Below are positions 1 to 7,144 of a DNA stretch of 64,000 nt, in pieces. Positions within the stretch are counted from its first letter, which is position 1; the number at the start of each line of letters is the position of its first letter. The notes below the pieces were generated by a model that was not told the origin of the DNA, did no database searches, and was given only the letters and a program-made list of their open reading frames with translations. Both the position numbers and the translations under genes were made by a program. This DNA is from a virus. Taxonomy: Duplodnaviria; Caudoviricetes. Location: the IMG/VR virus record IMGVR_UViG_3300047160_001842, positions 8,435-72,434 of that record, one strand, 5' to 3'.

Positions 1-16
1 AAGAGTTGGTGAACGA

Positions 17-44
17 ATTATAACGCAGTTTCTGGCTTTCTCAA
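17..44 (-). promoter_or_regulatory. sigma70-type early promoter TTGAGA-N16-TATAAT, firing out of the left window edge
   Basis: Reverse complement of 39-44 (tctcaa) and 17-22 (attata). Confidence 0.7.
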
Positions 45-113
45 AATCCCTTCATTTCTGAGGGGTCTTTGCTAGCAGTTCCCGTCGTTTCCTTCGTTTC
101 CTGCTATGCCTCA

Positions 114-141
114 AGTATAACGCAGTTTTTGAAAATCGCAA
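114..141 (-). promoter_or_regulatory. sigma70-type early promoter TTGCGA-N16-TATACT
   Basis: Reverse complement of 136-141 and 114-119; shares aacgcagttt with the promoter at 17-44. Confidence 0.65.
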
Positions 142-148
142 AGTCCTT

Positions 149-922
149 TCATGACGTAGGGTTATTGCTGAGCCGGACTGCCGAGTTCACCGGGCGATTG
201 CCTTCCACACCCGGCACAATCTCGATTGCCGCGCCGCGTACACGTCCGGCCTGCAGGGCGTCCCAGCCCTCGTTGCCTTTGACTTCGAAGGGCTTGGCCG
301 TCCCGTACTTCACATTGCCGAAGTGCTTGCTGACGGCGTCCTTCTTGATGATCATCAGCGCTGTCCCTGATCCTACGTGGGTGATGGTGTCGCGCTCCTC
401 CGTCATCGCCTTTAGCCGCTCGGCCACGATGTTCGTTGCACCCTCCTCGAATGTCCGGAGGAGCTGGGCGACTAGTTTCCCGTACTTCGCCTTGCACCAA
501 TCCTGTCCGAGCTTCTTAATGGTGTTCGTTAGGCGGGAGTACATCGCCTGGGCCAGCTCCACGTCCGATTGGTAGCCCATGAAGACGATCCGCCGACCAA
601 CACGCGGTTTGCCGCTGACTCCGGCGTTGTAGAACCCGCCTTCGAACCGCGCCTGGCAGTCGTTGAACTGGGCGATCCGGACGGCCAGGCCCTCGACAAA
701 CCGGCTGACGTCAGGCATGTACGACTTGGTGGCTGGGCCGGTCATGAACGCTTCGGTGACTTCCTTTGAAACGTCGAATTCGCTGACCTGGTATTTGTCC
801 ATCAGCGACCGTGCGCGCCCTGCGGCAATCGCGGCCTCGTTCGGGCTGGAGGCATCTGCCGCCATCGCGAGGAGCTTGGCGATGCGGTCCTTGATCTTTT
901 CGATATCGATATGTTCAGTCAT
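149..922 (-). CDS. DUF2786-domain protein
   Basis: N-terminal KIKDRIAKLLAMA...PNEAAIAAGRARSLMDKY is the DUF2786 pattern. Confidence 0.75.
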   Translation of the reverse strand: MTEHIDIEKIKDRIAKLLAMAADASSPNEAAIAAGRARSLMDKYQVSEFDVSKEVTEAFMTGPATKSYMPDVSRFVEGLAVRIAQFNDCQARFEGGFYNAGVSGKPRVGRRIVFMGYQSDVELAQAMYSRLTNTIKKLGQDWCKAKYGKLVAQLLRTFEEGATNIVAERLKAMTEERDTITHVGSGTALMIIKKDAVSKHFGNVKYGTAKPFEVKGNEGWDALQAGRVRGAAIEIVPGVEGNRPVNSAVRLSNNPTS

Positions 923-948
923 TCTTTTCTTTCTGGTGGTGATCGATG

Positions 949-1401
949 TTAGCGCTTTTTGATGGCGTCAAGTGAACGTTCGTCAGCGAGGACGGCGCGC
1001 AGCCCGTGGTGGAGGTTCTGCGGCAAATCGTCCAGCGACACCCACGCCGCCTCGTCCGTTTCCCAGTTCAGCACAGGGCAGAATTCCCGGTCAACGATGG
1101 CGAGGAAGTTGTGATAGGTGAACGATCCGGATCGGAACACCAGCAGCTGGCGGAGGTCCACCGCGCCGAGATATCCGCACTCTTCCGTCATCTCGCGCAG
1201 CGCGGCTGTCTCCGGGTCGTCGCCGGGATTCAGCGCGCCTCCCCAAGTGCCGTAGGTGCCTGGGTGTTCGCACTCGTCGCTCCGGAGAGGGAGGAGGATG
1301 CGCCCGGTGTCCTTGGCCACGATCACGCAGCCAGCGCCAGCCTTCCCGTAGAAGCCGGTGCGCTGGAGCGCTTCGAAGTGTTCGGTTTCGTCTTCGATCA
1401 T
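949..1401 (-). CDS. Nudix hydrolase
   Basis: Nudix box GGALNPGDDPETAALREMTEECG (G-x5-D-x7-RE-x2-EE-x-G). Confidence 0.9.
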   Translation of the reverse strand: MIEDETEHFEALQRTGFYGKAGAGCVIVAKDTGRILLPLRSDECEHPGTYGTWGGALNPGDDPETAALREMTEECGYLGAVDLRQLLVFRSGSFTYHNFLAIVDREFCPVLNWETDEAAWVSLDDLPQNLHHGLRAVLADERSLDAIKKR

Positions 1402-1688
1402 TTCTTGCCCTTGGATAGTCGTTGGAGGATAGGATCGCGCTTCTCAGCCGCCTTCAGAAGGGCGTTTGCCTTCTTGAGGTGCTTGATGATCTTGTCCTGA
1501 TTCTCGCGTGTACGCGGGCAATCGACGGCGAGTTGCTTGGCGGTCGTTACGTGGATGGCTGCGCGATAGTGTCCGTTCGTACGGAGTTCGGCGGCGAGGT
1601 CTGCGAGGGCCGGCACAACGTTCACCCAGTGGACGTATTTGAAGCGCGGGATTGCCTCGATGAGGTCTTTGATCTTGATCATGATCAC
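1398..1688 (-). CDS. hypothetical protein
   Basis: ORF overlap-coupled to both neighbours; start could be 1682. Confidence 0.6.
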   Translation of the reverse strand: MIMIKIKDLIEAIPRFKYVHWVNVVPALADLAAELRTNGHYRAAIHVTTAKQLAVDCPRTRENQDKIIKHLKKANALLKAAEKRDPILQRLSKGKK

Positions 1689-1900
1689 TCGCTGATGCCA
1701 CGGAGGGCGCGGCTTCTTGCGTAGGCGTCTGCCGTGAGGCCTTGGTGGTACTTCGCGCTCTCCCGCCCGAACCTTTCCTGGAGGCCCTGGCAGAAAGCGA
1801 AGTCCAGGGCCGCGCCGTTCTGGGAGGTGATCGCCCGTTGGCGCTGCATCTCGGCTTGGTTTGCCGTGCGCCGCTGGCGCTCTTGTTCGCGCTTGTTCAT
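1685..1900 (-). CDS. hypothetical protein (MNKREQERQRR...)
   Basis: ATG at 1900 abuts the stop of the upstream gene; 71 aa. Confidence 0.6.
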   Translation of the reverse strand: MNKREQERQRRTANQAEMQRQRAITSQNGAALDFAFCQGLQERFGRESAKYHQGLTADAYARSRALRGISE

Positions 1901-1901
1901 C

Positions 1902-2123
1902 TCAGGCCACCACGTTGAATTTGAAATGGATGCCTTCTTGGATGGCGCGTTCGCCGATGAAGACCGGGAAGAATCGACCGTCCGTGTGCGTTGCGATGAA
2001 GTACGTTTGCTGGCGCGCGAAGTCGCGATCACCATAGAACTTTTCGACTGCCTTCTGTGCGTTCTCGCGGGTTGCGTAGGTCTTCGAAGGGGTCAGCTGG
2101 ATCAGGGCTTGGGCGATTTTCAT
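1902..2123 (-). CDS. early hypothetical protein (MKIAQALIQLTPSKTYATRENA...)
   Basis: RBS AAGGAA and ATG at 2123, directly after a promoter. Confidence 0.75.
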   Translation of the reverse strand: MKIAQALIQLTPSKTYATRENAQKAVEKFYGDRDFARQQTYFIATHTDGRFFPVFIGERAIQEGIHFKFNVVA

Positions 2124-2149
2124 TTCAGTTCCTTGGTTGGTATGGCTCA

Positions 2150-2176
2150 ATTCTATACCATTTCTGAGAATCGCAA
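2150..2176 (-). promoter_or_regulatory. sigma70-type promoter TTGCGA-N15-TAGAAT
   Basis: Hexamers read from the reverse complement; the 15-bp spacer is short, so the exact -35 is uncertain. Confidence 0.5.
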
Positions 2177-2190
2177 AGCCCTTTCTCACG

Positions 2191-2403
2191 TCATGGGTAT
2201 TTTCTGCTGAACGTCGCCGTTCGCCGGTAGCACTTCGCCACCCGGTCGTACTCCATGTTGTCTGGCGCGGCCTCGATGTACGCGCGGATATCGAGGCTCG
2301 CTTGCGGAGTGGATAGGTCAAAGAAGCGTTCGATGGCGCTCCGGTTGACCGTTCCATACTCCTCTAGCATAACGTCGATGAACTTCAGCCGCCACTCTTT
2401 CAT
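2191..2403 (-). CDS. stand-alone winged-HTH resembling the N-terminal DNA-binding domain of CapW/BrxR-type WYL regulators
   Basis: RLKFID...GTVNRSAIERFFDLSTPQASLDIRAY...APDNMEYDRVAKCY; no WYL domain follows (70 aa). Confidence 0.7.
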   Translation of the reverse strand: MKEWRLKFIDVMLEEYGTVNRSAIERFFDLSTPQASLDIRAYIEAAPDNMEYDRVAKCYRRTATFSRKYP

Positions 2404-2480
2404 TTCGGGCCTTTCGGCAGAGGAGGCTTGGGAACCGGCATAGGGTCGCGCGGTTCCTGCGGCAGTGGGATGATGGTCAT
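2400..2480 (-). CDS. 26-aa proline-rich peptide MTIIPLPQEPRDPMPVPKPPLPKGPK
   Basis: Translated by hand; ATGA overlaps with both flanking genes. Confidence 0.55.
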   Translation of the reverse strand: MTIIPLPQEPRDPMPVPKPPLPKGPK

Positions 2481-2731
2481 TCTGTCGTCACCTCGATTCC
2501 GTGAACGTCTCGCATGTACTCTTTGAGTCCATCCAGATCGGGCACGCCCGTCAGCAGCGTCTCATACACAACGCCGCCAGCGCAATTGGAGAGGGTGCCG
2601 GATTCGTCCGGCGTCGGCAGCAGCGCCATGTTGTAGAGCGCGACGTACACCACCAATGCCGTCTCCTCGCTGGAGCCGACCGCTTCGATAGCCGGAAGGC
2701 TGCCGTTGGATTCCGATTTGATAACGAACAT
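2477..2731 (-). CDS. hypothetical protein
   Basis: RBS GGAG then ATG at 2731 (MFVIKSESNG). Confidence 0.65.
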   Translation of the reverse strand: MFVIKSESNGSLPAIEAVGSSEETALVVYVALYNMALLPTPDESGTLSNCAGGVVYETLLTGVPDLDGLKEYMRDVHGIEVTTE

Positions 2732-2735
2732 GATT

Positions 2736-2834
2736 TCAATCTCCACAGATGAGGGTTAGGATGATCTTGGCGACGCCATAGAAGACGCCCGCCACAACAG
2801 CGGCGATGACTAGAAGGATGAGGACGGCGCCCAT
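2736..2834 (-). CDS. 32-aa single-helix membrane peptide
   Basis: Hand translation MGAVLILLVIAAVVAGVFYGVAKIILTLICGD; fills the gap between two genes exactly. Confidence 0.6.
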   Translation of the reverse strand: MGAVLILLVIAAVVAGVFYGVAKIILTLICGD

Positions 2835-2835
2835 G

Positions 2836-3051
2836 TTAGCCCTTCTTGATGTTAACAAAGGTCGCCAGCGCGCTGATGTACTTGTCGGCATTCTCGATGA
2901 GGTGGTTGGTGAGTTCGTGCGGCTGCATATCTCGCCACCAAACGCCCTCCACCAGGACCTCTAACGGTCTGCGGCGGTCAACCTCCCACTGCGCCTTGCG
3001 CTCCTGAAGAGAGGCCAGCTGGGCCTCGTCCTCGAATGTCCAGCCTTCCAT
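2836..3051 (-). CDS. hypothetical protein
   Basis: RBS AGGAG, ATG at 3051 (MEGWTFED). Confidence 0.65.
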   Translation of the reverse strand: MEGWTFEDEAQLASLQERKAQWEVDRRRPLEVLVEGVWWRDMQPHELTNHLIENADKYISALATFVNIKKG

Positions 3052-3052
3052 C

Positions 3053-3352
3053 TCACTCCTCCATCCGAGCGTTGAGGTTGTTGATAAGGGCCTCGCGGAT
3101 GTCCTCGTCATCGAACACATCGACGGGCATCAGCACGCCAGTATCGAGGTCGTAGAACGTCTGCGGCTCGACGGATTCCAGCGACACGAGGAAAGCGCCC
3201 TTGACACCTCCAAGGTCGCGCTCCAGAATCTCACCCTTGCAATCGTGCTCGATGACGGCGCTGAACTCCTTCACGAAGTCCTCCGGCGCGTTCAGATTCA
3301 AGTACATCGGCTCGTCGCCGGTTTCGTACATCAAAATGACGTATTCGGTCAC
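3053..3352 (-). CDS. acidic hypothetical protein
   Basis: RBS AAGGAG, GTG at 3352. Confidence 0.65.
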   Translation of the reverse strand: MTEYVILMYETGDEPMYLNLNAPEDFVKEFSAVIEHDCKGEILERDLGGVKGAFLVSLESVEPQTFYDLDTGVLMPVDVFDDEDIREALINNLNARMEE

Positions 3353-3362
3353 AATGTTCTCC

Positions 3363-3665
3363 TTAGAGCGGGCTATATGCCGCGACGTTGGTTTGGATGA
3401 GGTTGCTGACGGAGGTGTACGCGCCGACCGGAGCGCCCCACTGCTGTTCCGGATATCCGCCGGTCTTGAGTCTGCCGTACTCCCAGGAAGGAACGGCCTT
3501 GACTTTTTCCAAGAAGCGCTCGGCGCGGCGTCGATCCTTGAAAACTGCCGCGTGGGCGATGGTTTCCCAGAAGCTATCCGAGCAATCCCGGTAGATTCCT
3601 TGGATTTGGAAACCGGCAATCCCGGCGATGGTAACCTGCTTGATTTCGAGGTTGCGGATGGTCAT
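3363..3665 (-). CDS. early hypothetical protein (MTIRNLEIKQ...)
   Basis: Same leader and RBS as gene 1902-2123; first gene after a consensus promoter. Confidence 0.75.
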   Translation of the reverse strand: MTIRNLEIKQVTIAGIAGFQIQGIYRDCSDSFWETIAHAAVFKDRRRAERFLEKVKAVPSWEYGRLKTGGYPEQQWGAPVGAYTSVSNLIQTNVAAYSPL

Positions 3666-3691
3666 TTCAGTTCCTTGGTTGGTATGACGCA

Positions 3692-3720
3692 ATTATAGGT
3701 CAGAAATGAACGTTCGTCAA
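3692..3720 (-). promoter_or_regulatory. strong sigma70 promoter TTGACG-N17-TATAAT
   Basis: Near-perfect consensus with 17-bp spacer. Confidence 0.85.
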
Positions 3721-3726
3721 TACCCT

Positions 3727-4053
3727 TCATTCTGGTCTGATATTCAGAAACTCGCCGTGCTTCTCGCGCGCCTCGTCCACGACTAGCAGGTGGGCCTCCA
3801 GCGCCTTATCGTACCCCTCCACGATGATCGAGCCGTTGTCGCCGATCCTGACCGGCATCAGTTCGGGCGGGAAAGCGTAGGACGGATTGACGCCCGCCAC
3901 GAGCATGTGCAGCGAGCGCTTGCGCCAGAGGTCGCCGCCCTTCGTCAGCGTCACCTCGCCGTCCTGCCATACCTCGTACACCATGGAGTCCGCTTGGCGC
4001 TCCGGCTGGTGGAGGGATAGGAACCGGGTTAGGTTCGTTTCTTGTGTGTTCAT
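3727..4053 (-). CDS. hypothetical protein
   Basis: ATG at 4053 (MNTQETNLTR), 108 aa. Confidence 0.6.
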   Translation of the reverse strand: MNTQETNLTRFLSLHQPERQADSMVYEVWQDGEVTLTKGGDLWRKRSLHMLVAGVNPSYAFPPELMPVRIGDNGSIIVEGYDKALEAHLLVVDEAREKHGEFLNIRPE

Positions 4054-4139
4054 CTTGGATAGAATGTGTTCGGTTGGGACGAGTCGGCGCGGCTGGAGCC
4101 TAGCCCCAACCCGCCCGTCGATGGTTCCTAGCGGGCCTC

Positions 4140-4733
4140 TCACCCGAAGAAGTTGCCACGGCATATCGGGCCGATCCCAAGCTCAATCGAGAGCGCGTTG
4201 GTGAGCGTCCGGCTGCAGACAGAGCAGGAGCCGTACTGACGCCCGTAGGCCACGGAGGTTTCCTCCGGATGTCCGCAAGCGTCGATGATGTCTGCTTCTG
4301 CCTCGACATCGCATTCGTAAGAGCGGAAGAAGTGACCGGCCTTGACCTTCCCGAGGTAGGTGCCGGCCTCGTCCTTGACGTAGAGCGCTCCGGCGTTCGA
4401 TCCGAAGGCTGGCGCCTGCGAGATGACGTAGGTGGCTCCGGCCTTGCTGAAAAGGCGCATCTTGGGGCGGTTGATCCCGTTTCCGTTGGCCCTCTCGAAA
4501 GCCTTCTCAATGAGAGATACGTCCACGGCGGATTCCGGCTTAGGCGCGGCTGGGGCCTTCGGGGCGGCGCACTTCTTCGCTGCCGCCATCTGACGCTCCG
4601 TGAGGAGTTTTCCGTGGTTGACTTGATCGCGGAGCGAAAGGGCGAATTCGAAGTTGGTGTTGTTCCACCACTTCGCGATATCCGGATGAACATCCTCAAA
4701 AGCGAGGAGGAAGGTGGTCTTGCTATCGGTCAT
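4140..4733 (-). CDS. DUF6011-like zinc-binding protein
   Basis: C-terminal YGRQYGSCSVCSRTLTNALSIELGIGPIC motif. Confidence 0.75.
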   Translation of the reverse strand: MTDSKTTFLLAFEDVHPDIAKWWNNTNFEFALSLRDQVNHGKLLTERQMAAAKKCAAPKAPAAPKPESAVDVSLIEKAFERANGNGINRPKMRLFSKAGATYVISQAPAFGSNAGALYVKDEAGTYLGKVKAGHFFRSYECDVEAEADIIDACGHPEETSVAYGRQYGSCSVCSRTLTNALSIELGIGPICRGNFFG

Positions 4734-4760
4734 TCTGATCTTTCTAGAGTTGATGTCCGG

Positions 4761-4789
4761 ATTCTAGCGCCATTTCTGACGCTAGGCAA
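4761..4789 (-). promoter_or_regulatory. sigma70 promoter TTGCCT-N17-TAGAAT
   Basis: Reverse complement of 4784-4789 and 4761-4766. Confidence 0.7.
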
Positions 4790-4795
4790 GGAATT

Positions 4796-5482
4796 TCACT
4801 CAACCAGCTCAAATTTGTACGACTTCCCGCCAAACTCGAACGTCTCGACGCCCGCCGCCTTGAGCTTGAGGCGGAACCGGATGTGCTTGGAGACGGGGAG
4901 GTTGAGGCTGTGGAAGGCAGCGAGCGTCGATTTGAACTCACCGAGCAGTTCGCCGTCTTCGTCGGTGACGTTGACGCCGTGGCGGGTGAGTCGTTCGGCG
5001 CGGACGGTCGGAACCTGCCAGCTGATCGATACGCCCAGGCTGTTGGATGCGCGCCCGATGTGGTTGCGCGGCGGCTCTTGCTTCTTGTTGGACATCGCGC
5101 CGAGTGCGCCGCCCATGTGGCCGAAGGTATTGACGGAGTGGTCTTGCTCCTCCTCGTCTTCCTCCTCCGGTTCGCCGTCCTCCTCGACGGACATCGACTT
5201 GACGTTGGTGGATTGTTCCGCCGCCTTGATCTGAACCGGCTCGCCCGTCTCGTCGTCGGTGAGTTCGCCTACGAAAATCATCCCCTCGTCTGGGAAGACT
5301 TCGCCTTCTTTCCCTTGGAAGTATGAAGCGAGCTTTTCGACTAGGACGTTGACGCGCTTTTCGGCGGTCTTACGGTCTGCGAATTTGTTGACGGGCTTAC
5401 CGTCCTGGAGGCGGACTGCGTGGGTGTTGTAAAAGGAAATGAGGTCCGCCATCTTGGCTTCGGTGATCGCGATCTGTTGCAT
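4796..5482 (-). CDS. early hypothetical protein with acidic low-complexity linker
   Basis: 228-aa ORF with RBS GGAAG after a promoter. Confidence 0.75.
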   Translation of the reverse strand: MQQIAITEAKMADLISFYNTHAVRLQDGKPVNKFADRKTAEKRVNVLVEKLASYFQGKEGEVFPDEGMIFVGELTDDETGEPVQIKAAEQSTNVKSMSVEEDGEPEEEDEEEQDHSVNTFGHMGGALGAMSNKKQEPPRNHIGRASNSLGVSISWQVPTVRAERLTRHGVNVTDEDGELLGEFKSTLAAFHSLNLPVSKHIRFRLKLKAAGVETFEFGGKSYKFELVE

Positions 5483-5544
5483 GTGAACTTCCTTCTCTCT
5501 TGGGTTGACTTTCTTTTTGGCTCTTATCGAACCGGCGTGACGCT

Positions 5545-5573
5545 ATTATGGCCCCTTTTCTCTCACCTGTAAA
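5545..5573 (-). promoter_or_regulatory. sigma70 promoter TTTACA-N17-CATAAT
   Basis: Reverse complement of 5568-5573 and 5545-5550. Confidence 0.75.
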
Positions 5574-5707
5574 CACTTTTCTTGATTTGCATCAAAAAAT
5601 TTTCGCTATCGGGTGAGAACTCGGTGATAGCTAGGGCCTATTGATGTACGGTCCACGGTGATCTTCGGCTAGGATCGGTCGTAACACCGTCCTCTAGAAC
5701 ACCTCCC

Positions 5708-7144
5708 ATGGGCCTCCCCCTTCTCAAGCCGACACTCCCGTTTCCAGAAGCGTCGAATTCACCGTCATATTATACGCTGAACGTCGCCCTTCGTCCATTC
5801 TGGGCGGCTCAGGCGCGGCACAAGATTCTTTATGGCGGGCGGGCATCCTCCAAGTCGCACGATGCCGCTGGGCACGCGATCTTCCTGGCGGCAAACTTCT
5901 GCGTGAAGTTCATGTGCGCGCGGCAGTTCCAGAACCGGATCAGCGAGAGCGTCTACACGTTGCTGAAGGACAAGATCAACACAAGCCCTTACAAGCGTGA
6001 GTTCGAAGTCCTCAAGACCAGCATACGCCACAAGCTGACCGGCAGCGAATTCCTGTTCTACGGTATCGCGCGGAACCTTGAGGAAATCAAGTCCACTGAG
6101 GGCGTCGATATCCTCTGGCTGGAAGAGGCTCACTATCTGACGGAGCTTCAATGGCAGGTCATTGAGCCGACGATCCGTAAGGACTGCTCGCAGGTCTGGC
6201 TGATCTTCAATCCGGCAGAGTTCACCGACTTCGTGTACCAGAACTTCGTCGTCAATCCTCCGGCAGACAGCATTGTTCGCGAAATCAACTGGCGTGAGAA
6301 TCCATACCTCTCCCAGACGATGCTCAAAGTCATCTATGATTACTACAAGCGCGAGCCGGAATCCGCGCGGCATGTCTACGGTGGCGAACCGAAGATGGGC
6401 GAGGACAAATCGGTCATCCCGCTCAAATACATCATTGCCGCCATTGACGCTCACAAGAAGCTCGATTGGACTGCTGGTGGTCAGCGGACCATCGGCTATG
6501 ACGTTGCCGATGACGGAGAGGACAAGAATGCTTGGGTCGAGTCCCACGGCAACATCATCATGAAGGCGGAGGAGTGGCAGGGCCTGGAGGATGAGTTACT
6601 CAAGTCGTGTGCGAAGGTCTACAACGTGGCCGTCCTCGCCAACGCGAACATTGTCTGGGACTCTATCGGCGTGGGAGCGTTCGCTGGATCGAAGTTCGCC
6701 GACCTCAACGCCGAACACAAACGCAAGGTCGTGTACGAACCGTTCAACGCTGGCGGCGCTGTGGAGAATCCCAAGGGCGCGTACATGAAGCTGCCGCACG
6801 TGACGATCACCAACGGTGAACACTTCAGCAACATCAAGGCGCAGAAGTGGGATGAGGTCGCCATACGCTTCCGGAGGACCTATGAGGCGGTGGAGCTTGG
6901 CGTCAAGCACCCGCTCGATGAACTGATCAGCCTCAACTCTGAGACGCTGGGCGCGACAATGCTGAAGAAAATTCAGCTGGAGCTGGCCTCGCCGCAGAAG
7001 GATATCGACAAGATGGGCAAGTTCAAAGTTGAGTCGAAAGAGGATATGCGCGAGAAACGCGGCATCAAGTCCCCCAACGTCGCCGATGCCCTCATCATGT
7101 CAATGATCCGGGTGAAGCGGAACCCTTCTACGTTCTTTGGTTGA
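5708..7144 (+). CDS. terL: terminase large subunit (PBSX-like)
   Basis: YGGRASSKS Walker A, WLEEAH Walker B, C-terminal nuclease GYDVADDG...KSPNVADA. Confidence 0.95.
   Translation: MGLPLLKPTLPFPEASNSPSYYTLNVALRPFWAAQARHKILYGGRASSKSHDAAGHAIFLAANFCVKFMCARQFQNRISESVYTLLKDKINTSPYKREFEVLKTSIRHKLTGSEFLFYGIARNLEEIKSTEGVDILWLEEAHYLTELQWQVIEPTIRKDCSQVWLIFNPAEFTDFVYQNFVVNPPADSIVREINWRENPYLSQTMLKVIYDYYKREPESARHVYGGEPKMGEDKSVIPLKYIIAAIDAHKKLDWTAGGQRTIGYDVADDGEDKNAWVESHGNIIMKAEEWQGLEDELLKSCAKVYNVAVLANANIVWDSIGVGAFAGSKFADLNAEHKRKVVYEPFNAGGAVENPKGAYMKLPHVTITNGEHFSNIKAQKWDEVAIRFRRTYEAVELGVKHPLDELISLNSETLGATMLKKIQLELASPQKDIDKMGKFKVESKEDMREKRGIKSPNVADALIMSMIRVKRNPSTFFG

Noticed and set aside
973-985. TGAACGTTCGTCA shared with the promoter at 3707-3719
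   Set aside because: This copy lies inside the Nudix coding sequence with no accompanying -10 element; probably chance.
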